NCBI GenBank assembly: GCA_963663035.1
Contig: OY760074.1
Location: 512,001-576,000 of the forward strand
Length of the DNA: 64,000 nucleotides
Direction: 5' to 3'
DNA from: Acidobacteriota bacterium
GTDB lineage: Bacteria > Acidobacteriota > UBA6911 > RPQK01 > JADFOI01
This document shows, in pieces, positions 25,977 through 36,639 of the stretch. The notes under the pieces are model-generated. The model was not told the origin of the DNA. It was given only the letters and a program-made list of their open reading frames with translations, and made no database searches. Numbering within the stretch: position 1 is the stretch's first letter; every line of letters starts with the position of its first letter. Made by a program: the position numbers and the translations under genes.

Positions 25977-27068
25977 ATGTTTAAACTGGTTTTCTCTAAT
26001 CTTCGACAGCGGCCCACGCGAACTTGTGTGAGCGTGATAGCCGTGGCCTTGGGAGTAGCGTTGCTGCTCGTCACTTTGGGTCTGTCTTACGGGCAGCTGG
26101 TGGACATTACCAAGCGGACCCAGGGGATTGGAGGGGACTTTATCCTTCAGCCGTCGGATGCTTCGCTGATCTTTGCCCTTAACAGCGGCACCATTCCGGT
26201 TCGAGTCAACAAGGTGATTGAAGAAGTAGACGGTGTTGAAGCTGCCACTCCGATCCTGGCAAAGTTTTTGGGCGATCAATTCCATATCGTTTTTGGAATT
26301 GATCCTGAAAGTTTCGGACGGGTGAATAACAGCTTGAGCTTTGTTGAAGGAGGAAGATTCTCAGGTCCTCGTGAACTGATCATTGACACGATCTATGCCG
26401 ACTCCAGGAAATTGAAAACCGATGACCCTTTGCACATCCTGGGTCATCAGTTCACCATTGCAGGAGTTTTTCGTCAGGGTATAGGCGCGCGGGTGCTTCT
26501 TCCGCTTACCACTTTACAGGAACTCAATGGGACTCCCGACAAGGCGACCATGTTCTTTATTCGGGCCAAAGAAGAGATCCCGCTTGAGACAGTGTATGAC
26601 TCGTTGAAGGAAAAGTTCGAAAATTATAAGCTCATCAAGGCGGCTGAATTGCAAGGCTTGGTCATGGAGAATACTCCCGTCATCAAGGAGTTCCTGAGCG
26701 CAATGGTGTTCATCTCTGTAATCATCAGCTTTCTGATTATTCTTCTGGCCATGTACAGCACCATTACAGAGAGGACTCGAGAGATTGGAATTCTCAAATC
26801 AATGGGAGCGTCCAGAAGCTATATTATCAGGCTGATCCTGAATGAATCTCTGGTGATCTGCCTTGCTGGGGTAGGGCTCGGCTTCGTTCTGACTTTTTTC
26901 GTGCTTCAACTCGTTGTGTCAGCTTTTCCCACAGTTCCAGTGACGATCACACTGTTTTGGCGGATTACAGCTCCCATAATGGCAGTGACAGGTGGTATCT
27001 TAGGGGCCCTCTATCCCGCTATCAAAGCGGCTCGAATGGATCCTGTGAAAGCGCTGGGGTACGGGTGA
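25977..27068 (+). CDS. ABC transporter permease, MacB/FtsX/LolE-like
   Basis: NLRQRPTRT, ERTREIGILKSMGAS, YPAIKAARMDPVKAL. Confidence 0.9.
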   Translation: MFKLVFSNLRQRPTRTCVSVIAVALGVALLLVTLGLSYGQLVDITKRTQGIGGDFILQPSDASLIFALNSGTIPVRVNKVIEEVDGVEAATPILAKFLGDQFHIVFGIDPESFGRVNNSLSFVEGGRFSGPRELIIDTIYADSRKLKTDDPLHILGHQFTIAGVFRQGIGARVLLPLTTLQELNGTPDKATMFFIRAKEEIPLETVYDSLKEKFENYKLIKAAELQGLVMENTPVIKEFLSAMVFISVIISFLIILLAMYSTITERTREIGILKSMGASRSYIIRLILNESLVICLAGVGLGFVLTFFVLQLVVSAFPTVPVTITLFWRITAPIMAVTGGILGALYPAIKAARMDPVKALGYG

Positions 27069-27069
27069 C

Positions 27070-27801
27070 ATGATCGGAGTGAAGCGAAAGAAAGATCTTA
27101 TAGTCGTTGAAGACCTTCAGATGGTCTACCGTCTGGGTAGAATCGAAGTCCCAGCATTGCGCGGCGTGGATTTCACTGTGAAAGAAGGGGAGTTTGTGGC
27201 CGTGGTGGGCCCCAGTGGGTGTGGGAAATCAACCTTGCTTCATCTCATGGGCGGACTGATGCAACCCACCGCGGGCCGAATTTTGGTCGAAGGCATCTGC
27301 ATCAGCTCGGTGAGTGATGTGGAGAGAACCAGAATTCGGCGTTACAAGATGGGCTTTGTGTTTCAGAGCTACAACCTCCTGAGCACCTTGACGGCAAGAG
27401 CGAACATTGGGTTGGCCCAACGAATCCATGGGAACGGTTCTTACGAGGAGGGAAGAGCTCGTCAGATGCTGCGGCTGCTGGGATTGGAAGACAAGATGGA
27501 CCACAAGCCTAGTGAACTGTCAGGTGGCGAGCAGCAGCGAGTAGCCATTGCGCGGGCGGTCGTGAATAGCCCCCCCCTTCTCTTGGCTGACGAGCCTACC
27601 GGGAGTCTCGACTCGGAGAATTCCAGAATTGTTCTGGACATGCTTCAGGAGTTGAATCAATCCAGAGGGCAGACGATCGTTATCATCACCCATGATCCTG
27701 AAGCCGCCGCAACGGCAAACCGCGTTCTCGAGATGCGGGACGGGAGGATTGTGAACCCAGTGCAGAATCTCTTTTACGCCGTGGAAGAACAGAGTTCCTG
27801 A
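27070..27801 (+). CDS. ABC transporter ATP-binding protein, LolD/MacB-like
   Basis: [37 protein letters not shown]. Confidence 0.92.
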   Translation: MIGVKRKKDLIVVEDLQMVYRLGRIEVPALRGVDFTVKEGEFVAVVGPSGCGKSTLLHLMGGLMQPTAGRILVEGICISSVSDVERTRIRRYKMGFVFQSYNLLSTLTARANIGLAQRIHGNGSYEEGRARQMLRLLGLEDKMDHKPSELSGGEQQRVAIARAVVNSPPLLLADEPTGSLDSENSRIVLDMLQELNQSRGQTIVIITHDPEAAATANRVLEMRDGRIVNPVQNLFYAVEEQSS

Positions 27802-27810
27802 GGCACCTAT

Positions 27811-28029
27811 ATGCCGGTATTTTTTAGAGTCATATTCTGGACCTACCAACGTGGTGGCTGGCAGTTCGACGTTATCTCCGGCTTCATTCTAGCCTTCATC
27901 TTTCTCACTCCAAGGACAGTCTTTGATGGTTCTGCATTTATCCAAGAACAGAGCCCGCCAAAGGTTGAACAAGAGGAACAACAAGTGACTGAACCAGCAG
28001 CACTTCAGACGCTTTTGCAAAGCTCCTAA
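27811..28029 (+). CDS. Small membrane protein
   Basis: 72 aa, WTYQRGGWQFD followed by a TM ending LTP; SD GAGG; operonic position. Confidence 0.6.
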   Translation: MPVFFRVIFWTYQRGGWQFDVISGFILAFIFLTPRTVFDGSAFIQEQSPPKVEQEEQQVTEPAALQTLLQSS

Positions 28030-28060
28030 CAACCTGGACTCATAATTTCACTCTTATATA

Positions 28061-28792
28061 TTGATGGCTAGGGAAGAAAAGAGGAGTTTCTCGGTGAAGT
28101 CCTGCCAAAGGGTCTCTCTTGTTTGGTTGCTGCTGTTGGCCGGTGTTGGGTCTCCTCTTCAGGCATGGGAGGCAGAGTCCCTCACGCTGGAGCAGGTTTT
28201 GACCAAGATCGATCAGAGAGGGGCTGTTCTCCGATCGATGACTTCATCGATTACACAGAAAAGATGGACCGATATTTTAGAAGAGTTCGACCAGGGTGAA
28301 AGCGGCCAGTTCCTCTTCTTGAAAGAAGACGACGGAATTTACCTGCGCAAGGACATCGTCAAGCCGCAGCCAAATACGCTGATCATCGGTGACGGAATAC
28401 TCTCTTATTATCAGCCTAAGATCAAACAGTTGCAGAGGTATGATTTGGGTCAGAGACGTGACAGAGCGGAGTTTCTCCTTCTCGGATTCGGTTCCAACAA
28501 GAAAGCCCTCGAGGAAGCTTACGAGATCAGGCTTGGAACCATGGAAATTGTTGAAGGTCGTGAAGCCTATCCATTGGAGCTGACCCCAAAATCACAGACA
28601 GTGTCTGCCTACTTTACTCAGATCGTGCTGTGGATTGACACAACCTTGTGGGTTCCCATCCAGCAAAAGCTGGTGGAACCCACCCATGACTACTTGCTCA
28701 TTCGTTTCGAAGATATTGATCTGAACCCCAAGATTCCCAAGTCGCAATTTGACTTGAAGGTGCCCAAGGGTGTCACGGTAGTGGGGGGATAG
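28061..28792 (+). CDS. lolA: LolA-family periplasmic lipoprotein carrier
   Basis: Signal peptide, ESGQFLFLK, YYQPKIKQ, LELTPK, LWID, FDLKVPKGVTVV. Confidence 0.75.
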   Translation: MMAREEKRSFSVKSCQRVSLVWLLLLAGVGSPLQAWEAESLTLEQVLTKIDQRGAVLRSMTSSITQKRWTDILEEFDQGESGQFLFLKEDDGIYLRKDIVKPQPNTLIIGDGILSYYQPKIKQLQRYDLGQRRDRAEFLLLGFGSNKKALEEAYEIRLGTMEIVEGREAYPLELTPKSQTVSAYFTQIVLWIDTTLWVPIQQKLVEPTHDYLLIRFEDIDLNPKIPKSQFDLKVPKGVTVVGG

Positions 28793-28810
28793 ATTTCTTA
28801 CGAAACTACC

Positions 28811-29551
<741 letters not shown>

Positions 29552-29563
29552 GCTTTGAGTTTT

Positions 29564-30940
29564 CTAGAATAGTTCGAGTTTGATGGTTAAAAACTCCTTC
29601 GGGTTTTGACGGAAATCGTAGAGCAACTTCACCATTTCCGCAGAAACCTGGCTCAAGTTCTCGTACAGTTGCTCGTCCTGGGCCAGGCGGCCTAAACTGC
29701 CCTTCCCCTCTTGAATGTCGTTGACAAAGGCCGCAAAGTTCTCCAGCGATTGGTCTAAACTCAGGTAGAGCTGATCATCATTGGACAACTTACCTAATGT
29801 TCCGTCACCAAGCTCGATTCGTCGAGTGATTCGCTCGATGTTCCCCACCATTTTCGCAGTCTCTTCGAAAACGGAAGGATCGTTGATAAATCTACCCAAA
29901 GACCCCTCTCCCCGGTCAATTTGGGCCACGACTTCTTGCAGGTGACCTGTTGCGGAGCTGATCTTATCATAGACCTCACGCTCCTGAACCAGGAGGGCAA
30001 TAGCTCCTTCACCTGTTCTGAAGTCGCGGATGAGTTGGGTGGCCTCGTCAACTGTTTGGCCGGCCTTGAGGACGGCGTCGCTGATGTTCTCGTAAAAAGA
30101 CTTGTCACTGAGGAATTCGCCCAGGCTGCCTTCGCCCGCTGAGAGCGGCGACAGGATATCATTTACTTTCTCAGAGAGTAGTGACAAGTTGGCCAGAGCG
30201 TCATCAGCACCTGTGATCAACTCCTGGAACCCGGGCTGAGTTGTACCCGTGATCTGGACCACTTCATGGGTGGAAGATCCTAACCACCCTTCGGATACCT
30301 CAGTCACCACAAGGGGAGGCTCAGTTCCCCGTCCCAGGGAGATCTCGATGTATTTGTCTCCCAGTAACCCGATAGAGCCTAATGAGATTTTACTGTCCCT
30401 CTTGATCCAGTCGCGATACTCTGCCTTGATTTCTGCGGAAACAACGATGTTTTGCAGATTTCCCTGGGCCCTTTCGATACGGGTCTGGATCTGCTCAAGA
30501 TCGGCCCTTTGCCTGTCAACCTGCTCTTCCAGGTCTTCCACATCTTCGCCGTATTGCTCTGCCGCCTGATTATATTCCTCCCTCAGGCGACGCAGGTCCT
30601 CCTCCGTTGTGGAGATTGCCTGTTGGAGCTCATCTGCTTGTTGGCTCCAGTCCTCTATCTGGCTCAGGAGTCTCTGATTGGAGTCAGTAACAGGTATGTC
30701 GTCGGCTTCCGAGATGTAGACGTCAATGACATTGCCCACTTCCACGCCGGAAAGGAGCACGATATCTCCGGGTTTCAGTCCGGAAACGTTGTTCAGGTAA
30801 GTTCTCGCGTAGAAGGTATCCTCGAGCAAGCCCACCTGGGTCCCAATCGTGAAGATTGCTAAAGCCAGAATGATACAGGTGACCAGGACAAAGATTCCCA
30901 CTTTGAGCTCTGCAAGACTGAGTGTACCCCTTGCTGTCAT
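29564..30940 (-). CDS. mlaD: MlaD/MCE-family protein with an internal coiled-coil insertion
   Basis: ELKVGIFV TM, SGLKPGDIVLLSGVEVGNV, GLLGDKYIEI, repeated GEGSLGxLxxD helical motifs, NPKEFL end. Confidence 0.88.
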   Translation of the reverse strand: MTARGTLSLAELKVGIFVLVTCIILALAIFTIGTQVGLLEDTFYARTYLNNVSGLKPGDIVLLSGVEVGNVIDVYISEADDIPVTDSNQRLLSQIEDWSQQADELQQAISTTEEDLRRLREEYNQAAEQYGEDVEDLEEQVDRQRADLEQIQTRIERAQGNLQNIVVSAEIKAEYRDWIKRDSKISLGSIGLLGDKYIEISLGRGTEPPLVVTEVSEGWLGSSTHEVVQITGTTQPGFQELITGADDALANLSLLSEKVNDILSPLSAGEGSLGEFLSDKSFYENISDAVLKAGQTVDEATQLIRDFRTGEGAIALLVQEREVYDKISSATGHLQEVVAQIDRGEGSLGRFINDPSVFEETAKMVGNIERITRRIELGDGTLGKLSNDDQLYLSLDQSLENFAAFVNDIQEGKGSLGRLAQDEQLYENLSQVSAEMVKLLYDFRQNPKEFLTIKLELF

Positions 30941-30999
30941 GATTTTTCCTCACATGGATGCGTACCTTTCTCGGCAACCGAGAAAGGGCACGGTATTAC

Positions 31000-31797
31000 T
31001 TATGTTAAGAAATCCTGGATGTATTCATTCTTGACATCTCTCAGGGTTTCGTCGCTCCCCTCGAAAAGAACGGCCCCCTCCTTTAACATCACGAAGTGAG
31101 TGTTCACCAGACAAAGGTTCTCCTCCTCGCTTTTGAAGACCACCTCGCCATTGGGTTGAGCCTCAGCGAATTCACTAGCCAGTGTTTTGGCTGCTTTGAG
31201 GTCGTGGGTCACAAAGATAGAAGCGACCCCTTCCAGGTCACGCAACTTGATGACCAATTCGCAAATGGTGCGGGCTGTAATAGGGTCCAGGCCTGCCGTA
31301 GGGGCGTCGTACAGTAGAATGGGGGGATTTCCTACCAAAGCTCTAGCGATTCCAACTCGACGCATCATTCCCCCCGAAAGCTCCGAAGGAAACTTGTCCA
31401 TCGCATCACTCAGTTCAACGAAGCCCAGTAACTGTCGGACCGTCTCTTGTTGTTCTTCTTCACTGTAAGTTCTGGCCTCCCGCATTCGATAAGCGATGTT
31501 CTCACCTACGGTGAGCGAGTCAAAGAGTGCACCCTCCTGGAAAACCATACCAATTTTCTTGCGAATCGGCATCAGTTCTACTTCTTTTAAAGAGGTGATC
31601 TCCTGATCCTGGACGAATATTTGGCCCGAATCAGGTTTCACCAAACCCAATACCATTTTCAGGATAGTGGTCTTCCCTGACCCACCTCCGCCTAACATCA
31701 CCTTTGTTTCACCTGGCTGGACCTCCATGCTGAAGTCCCGCAGCACCACCTTTTCGTCGAAAGACTTACACACGTTTTCAAAGCGGATAGCACTCAA
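31000..31797 (-). CDS. mlaF: MlaF-like ABC ATP-binding protein
   Basis: GSGKTT, MVFQEGALFDSLTVGEN, LSGGM, LYDAPTAGLDP. TTG start overlaps the mlaE stop. Confidence 0.88.
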   Translation of the reverse strand: MSAIRFENVCKSFDEKVVLRDFSMEVQPGETKVMLGGGGSGKTTILKMVLGLVKPDSGQIFVQDQEITSLKEVELMPIRKKIGMVFQEGALFDSLTVGENIAYRMREARTYSEEEQQETVRQLLGFVELSDAMDKFPSELSGGMMRRVGIARALVGNPPILLYDAPTAGLDPITARTICELVIKLRDLEGVASIFVTHDLKAAKTLASEFAEAQPNGEVVFKSEEENLCLVNTHFVMLKEGAVLFEGSDETLRDVKNEYIQDFLT

Positions 31798-32552
31798 TAT
31801 CTGAACTCCAGGATGACCTTGCTCACAAAGAAGTCCGCAATGATCACAAGGATGGATGCAGTGACCACGGCTTGTGTCGTGGACTGACCGACACCACGGG
31901 TTCCTCCGGTCGTGTTTAATCCGCAATAACAGCCAATCATTCCAATAATAAACCCGAAAACCACCGGCTTGATCAACCCTTCGAGAGCATCAGTGTACGA
32001 AAGTGCGCGCAATCCCGTGTTCCAGTACAGAGATGTGTTGAGTCTGAGGGTGTAAAGCGAAACAATCCAACCTCCCACCAGCCCGAAGGCATCGGCAACC
32101 ACAGTGAGTAGCGGAAGCATGGTGGTGGTGGCGATCATACGGGGAGCGACTAACTTCTTGGTGGGGTCAGTTCCCAGAGCCCGCATGGCGTCAATTTGCT
32201 CTGTCACCACCATCGAGCCCAGTTGGGAGGCAATTCCAGCCCCCACACGCCCGGCCACCATTAAGGCCGTCAGGACCGGCCCCAACTCCCTGACCAGGGA
32301 AAGGGCCACCAATTGTCCGGTCAGGTTCACGGCACCGAAAGACTTCAGGGATTTGGCGGACTGAAGGGCCAGGACGCCGCCTGTAAAAAAGCCGGTCAGG
32401 ATGACGATGAGAACCGATCCAGTGCCAATAGCGTCCATTTGCAGGAGGATGTCTTCAAAGTAGCGGGGTTTCTGAAAAAGACTCCTGATCGCACGGAAAG
32501 ACAACAGGGTAAATTCTTGGATTTCGTAAAGGCCCTTATAGAAAAACTTCAT
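31794..32552 (-). CDS. mlaE: MlaE-family permease
   Basis: RELGPVLTALMVAGRVGAGIA, TEQIDAMRALG, GVGQSTTQAVV. Confidence 0.95.
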   Translation of the reverse strand: MKFFYKGLYEIQEFTLLSFRAIRSLFQKPRYFEDILLQMDAIGTGSVLIVILTGFFTGGVLALQSAKSLKSFGAVNLTGQLVALSLVRELGPVLTALMVAGRVGAGIASQLGSMVVTEQIDAMRALGTDPTKKLVAPRMIATTTMLPLLTVVADAFGLVGGWIVSLYTLRLNTSLYWNTGLRALSYTDALEGLIKPVVFGFIIGMIGCYCGLNTTGGTRGVGQSTTQAVVTASILVIIADFFVSKVILEFRY

Positions 32553-32627
32553 CTGCTCCGGTATTGTAGTCTGAGCTTGAAAACGGGCTCAACTATTGAG
32601 TCCTATTTTAGTGCTAAACTTAAACTT

Positions 32628-33797
32628 ATGCTTCGCTTTTTAACCTCAGGGGAGTCACACGGCAAGGGACTAGTCTCCATTATTGAAGGCTTTCCCGCCA
32701 ATGTGCCTGTGGATATCTCTTTTATCAATTCTGATCTCAAACGGCGAATGGGAGGGTATGGTCGGGGAGCCCGCATGAAGATTGAGAGCGATCAGATTGA
32801 GATTTTCTCCGGGGTGAGACATGGATATACCTTCGGATCTCCCATCGCCTTTCTTGTGCATAACCGAGATTGGGTGAACTGGTCGGACATCATGTCAATC
32901 GAGCCGGATCCTGAAGGGGCGAAAGCACGGCGGGTGACGCGCCCTCGGCCAGGCCATGCTGATCTGGTGGGGGCCTTGAAATATCAATTGGACGACATGC
33001 GGAACGTCCTGGAACGATCGAGCGCTCGCGAAACAACCTCTCGCGTGGCCGTGGGCGCCTTCTGTAAGCTTTTGCTGGGGGAGTTGGGGATACAAATTTA
33101 CAGCCATGTGGTTTCCATCAAGGACGTTCGAATCTCCCCCGAGCAGCTGGAGAAGGTTTCAAGTGATCTCATCCCGCAAATTGAGTCATCCGAGATGCGC
33201 TGCTGTGATCCCTCGCTGGATGAAGCCATGAAGAAAGCTGTCGATAAGGCCATCGAGAAAGGGGATACGATTGGAGGAACCTTCGAAGTCCGGGCGACGG
33301 GTGTTCCTCCCGGTTTGGGGAGCTATGTTCACTGGGATCGGAAGTTGGATGGCAGGCTGGCCCAGGCCATCATGTCGATTAATGCCCTCAAAGGCGTGGA
33401 AGTCGGAAGTGGGCTTGGGTCGGATCCCTATGGGAGCCAGTTTCACGATGAGATTTTTTATGATGGAGAGATTCGACAATTCTATCGGAAGACCAATCGT
33501 GCGGGCGGGATTGAGGGCGGCACCTCAAACGGTGAGGAAATCATCGTGCGTGGAATAGTCAAGCCGATTCCCACATTGAGGCGGCCGTTGATGTCGGTCG
33601 ATTTTCAAACGAAGGAACCGTTCGAAGCTCAGTATGAGCGTTCCGATACCTGTATCGTTCCGGCGGCGGGAGTCATTGGTGAAGCGGTGGTGACCATCGT
33701 TCTGGCTCAGGCCGTACAAGAGAAATTTGGCGGGGACACGATAGGAGAAATCCAGTCCAATCTGAAGAATTACCGTAACACTCTCAGAGAAATGTGA
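32628..33797 (+). CDS. aroC: Chorismate synthase
   Basis: MLRFLTSGESHG, PRPGHAD, ERSSARET, NRAGGIEGG, KPIPTL, ERSD. True start at 32628. Confidence 0.97.
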   Translation: MLRFLTSGESHGKGLVSIIEGFPANVPVDISFINSDLKRRMGGYGRGARMKIESDQIEIFSGVRHGYTFGSPIAFLVHNRDWVNWSDIMSIEPDPEGAKARRVTRPRPGHADLVGALKYQLDDMRNVLERSSARETTSRVAVGAFCKLLLGELGIQIYSHVVSIKDVRISPEQLEKVSSDLIPQIESSEMRCCDPSLDEAMKKAVDKAIEKGDTIGGTFEVRATGVPPGLGSYVHWDRKLDGRLAQAIMSINALKGVEVGSGLGSDPYGSQFHDEIFYDGEIRQFYRKTNRAGGIEGGTSNGEEIIVRGIVKPIPTLRRPLMSVDFQTKEPFEAQYERSDTCIVPAAGVIGEAVVTIVLAQAVQEKFGGDTIGEIQSNLKNYRNTLREM

Positions 33798-34307
33798 ATG
33801 ATCCGACCCATCTTGAAATACGGGGCTCCCGAGCTTCAAACCAAAAGCACTTCTATTGAGCAGGTTGACGAGGAGATCAAGACCCTGGCACAGGATATGC
33901 TGGAAACCATGTATGCCGCTCCCGGTATCGGTCTGGCGGCCAATCAGGTGGGGGTCAACCTTCGCTTGATTGTGCTCGACATCTCGGGAGGGGAGGAAAC
34001 AGGTCATCAGATGATCCTCACCAACCCGGAGGTCACTGAAGAGGAAGGGACTCAGGAATCCGAGGAGGGATGTCTCAGTGTTCCAGGATTCACAGCCCTT
34101 GTTGAGCGACCCAGTAAAATTCATGTGATCGGCCAGGATCTGGAGGGCCATTCCCAGGAGATAGACGCAGAAGGCCTGCTGGCTCGAGCCCTCTGTCATG
34201 AGATTGATCACTTGGATGGAATCCTCTACCTCAATCATCTATCGGTATTGAAGCGAGATCTGATCAAAAGGAAGATCCGGAAGCTCATTCGCAGCGGAGA
34301 ATGGTAA
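33798..34307 (+). CDS. def: Peptide deformylase
   Basis: GIGLAANQVG, EGCLS, HEIDHL. Confidence 0.97.
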   Translation: MIRPILKYGAPELQTKSTSIEQVDEEIKTLAQDMLETMYAAPGIGLAANQVGVNLRLIVLDISGGEETGHQMILTNPEVTEEEGTQESEEGCLSVPGFTALVERPSKIHVIGQDLEGHSQEIDAEGLLARALCHEIDHLDGILYLNHLSVLKRDLIKRKIRKLIRSGEW

Positions 34308-35266
34308 TGCGAGTGCTGTTCCTGGGAACACCAGGATTTGCCGTACCTTCCCTCCAGGCACTTCTGACTCTCACCAATCATGACTACGAGCTGGTGGGAG
34401 TGATCACTCAGCCCGATCGGCCGGCTGGACGAGGACAGAAGCTCACCCCGCCTCCCGTCAAGGTCCTGGCCGAGAAATCGGGTCTCCCAGTTTTCCAACC
34501 AGAACGTCTGCGCAACAACCAGGATGCTCTGGAGTTCCTGAGAGAAAAAGATCCACACTTGATTGTCATTGCCGCTTTTGGGCAAATCTTGGCTCCTGAG
34601 TTCTTCGATTATCCGCCTTTGGGAAGCCTTAATGTTCATGCCTCACTTCTTCCCAAGTATCGTGGTGCAGCCCCTATCACCCATGCCCTCATTAAGGGGG
34701 AGACCCAAACTGGCATTACGATTATGAAGATCGATGAGGGAATGGATACAGGAGGCATCTTATCTCAGGTCACAATTAGGGTAGGTGAAAATGTCACTGG
34801 AGGAGAGCTGGAGGAAATTCTGGCCCACAAAGGAGCGGAATTGCTCATTGAAACCATCCCGCCTTATGCGCTGGGAGAAATGCAACCCCAGCCTCAGGAT
34901 GCGAAAGGAGTCACCTACGCACCTCGAATCACCAAGCAGGAAGCTGAAATAGACTGGAATCAGTCTGCCCCGGAAATCCATAACTGGATTCGCGCTCTGG
35001 ATCCCTGGCCGACAGGCTGGACCAGTTTCGGGGACAAAAAGGTCAAGATCTGGCGCAGTGAAAGGGTGGAGGAACTTGAGCTGGATTTGGGGCCTTTGGG
35101 TCGACCGGGTACCATCCTGGCCCTGGGCAAAGACAGGATCATTGTTGAGTGTGGAGGAAAGACCTTTCTCTCTCTGAGAGAGCTCCAGCTCCCCAATCGG
35201 GCTCGCCTTTCGGCCCGTGAGTTTGTCAATGGCGTGAAACCAGGGTTGGGAGACTTGTTTACTTGA
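34307..35266 (+). CDS. fmt: Methionyl-tRNA formyltransferase
   Basis: FLGTPGFA, TQPDRPAGRG, NVHASLLPKYRGAAPI, GMDTG. Confidence 0.97.
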   Translation: MRVLFLGTPGFAVPSLQALLTLTNHDYELVGVITQPDRPAGRGQKLTPPPVKVLAEKSGLPVFQPERLRNNQDALEFLREKDPHLIVIAAFGQILAPEFFDYPPLGSLNVHASLLPKYRGAAPITHALIKGETQTGITIMKIDEGMDTGGILSQVTIRVGENVTGGELEEILAHKGAELLIETIPPYALGEMQPQPQDAKGVTYAPRITKQEAEIDWNQSAPEIHNWIRALDPWPTGWTSFGDKKVKIWRSERVEELELDLGPLGRPGTILALGKDRIIVECGGKTFLSLRELQLPNRARLSAREFVNGVKPGLGDLFT

Positions 35267-36639
35267 GCACCCAACCACGCGCCTTGGCTGCCAGTTTTCT
35301 GAAGGATCTCCTGAAGCATCGAAAGAAGCTCGACTCTCTTTCTCAAGATGCCGACTTCTTGAATCTCGATTCGCGCGATCGTCGCCTGGTGATCGAGTTG
35401 GTGTATGGAGTTCTGAGAAATCTGCGGCTTCTCGATCACTATCTTGGGAAGTTGTCGCGAACACCACTGGAGAAATTGGATGAAAGCGTTCTGTGGGTCC
35501 TGCGGTTGGCCCTGTATGAAATCGAATTTCTTCGCATTCCCGACCACGCTGCTGTCCACGAGGCAGTCGGGTTGTGTCGAAAGTTTCACAAGACCTCTGC
35601 TGCCGGATTCGTCAATGCCTTACTGCGCAGCTTTTTGCGCGAGAGACCCACACTTCCTGAGGGTCGATCTGCTGGGGCATTGGCGGTACGGTTTAGCCAC
35701 CCCGAATGGCTGGTCAAGCGCTACTTGACCCGTTATGGAGTTGACCAGACTGAACAGTTGCTGCGTAGGAATAATGAGCCTCCGATTCCAACCCTTTGGG
35801 TCAACATCTTCAAGACAGACTTACAGTCCCTTTGCAGGCAACTCGAAGAAGAGCAGATTCCGTATCAGGTCTATCCCCAATTGCCCAACTGCATCACTGT
35901 TGGTTCCGCAGGTTTCACTCAGAATCGTGCCTATCGGGAAGGTCTTTGTATTTTTATGGATGTGGCCAGCCAGGAGGTGGCCTATCTGACCGAGGTCAAG
36001 GATCATCGAATGCTAGCTGATCTCTGTTGCGCTCCAGGGGGGAAAGCTTTCCTTCTGGCGTCTCAGAAAGGGAAGAATGCAAAGATGAGCTGTTGTGATT
36101 TCAGTCTTCCCCGTCTGACGGAAACACGAGAGCGGGCGAAATTCTTGCAGGTTCCAGGATTGAACTTTATCAATGCCGATCTTCGGCAGACTCCACCTTT
36201 TCGACAACCCTTCGACTTTGTCCTTCTGGATGTCCCATGTAGCGGGTTGGGTACACTGCGCTCGAACCCGGATATCCGCTGGAAAATTCGGGAGAAAGAC
36301 CTGTGTTGCCTTCATTCCGCCCAGGTGTCCCTTTTGCAGAACGGTTTTTCTGTGCTGGGTCAGGGTGGAGAGTTGACCTACTCAACTTGCTCGACGGAAC
36401 CTGAGGAAAATGAATCTGTCATCGAAGAGTTTTTGGCTGAGGAACCCAGAGCCATTCTGGCAGGTGACTTTCACCGGACTTTCCCAGAGTCTCATCCGGG
36501 GGATTGTTTCTTCGCAGCTAAAATCAGACACGTGGGAGGCACCTCAGTCGTGGGAGGCACCTCAGTCGTGGGAGGCACCTCAGTCGTGGGAGGCACCTCA
36601 GGTGCCGAATCTGAATCACTGACCGGCTTCGACAAATAA
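35263..36639 (+). CDS. rsmB: 16S rRNA m5C methyltransferase RsmB/Sun with a repeat-derived C-terminal tail
   Basis: NusB-like N-terminus (GFVNALLR), FSHPEWL, DLCCAPGGK, DVPCSGLG, YSTCS. Confidence 0.92.
   Translation: MSTQPRALAASFLKDLLKHRKKLDSLSQDADFLNLDSRDRRLVIELVYGVLRNLRLLDHYLGKLSRTPLEKLDESVLWVLRLALYEIEFLRIPDHAAVHEAVGLCRKFHKTSAAGFVNALLRSFLRERPTLPEGRSAGALAVRFSHPEWLVKRYLTRYGVDQTEQLLRRNNEPPIPTLWVNIFKTDLQSLCRQLEEEQIPYQVYPQLPNCITVGSAGFTQNRAYREGLCIFMDVASQEVAYLTEVKDHRMLADLCCAPGGKAFLLASQKGKNAKMSCCDFSLPRLTETRERAKFLQVPGLNFINADLRQTPPFRQPFDFVLLDVPCSGLGTLRSNPDIRWKIREKDLCCLHSAQVSLLQNGFSVLGQGGELTYSTCSTEPEENESVIEEFLAEEPRAILAGDFHRTFPESHPGDCFFAAKIRHVGGTSVVGGTSVVGGTSVVGGTSGAESESLTGFDK
36532..36612 (+). repeat. 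GTGG-type REP array: three truncated 18-bp units plus one complete REP
   Basis: (GTGGGAGGCACCTCAGTC)x3 then GTGGGA-GGCACC-TCA-GGTGCC-GAATCT. Confidence 0.85.

Noticed and set aside
32313-32627. N-terminal extensions in the ORF track for aroC (also mlaF, radC, the NYN gene and the OPRT-like gene)
   Set aside because: They overlap neighbouring genes, and family homology starts at downstream codons.
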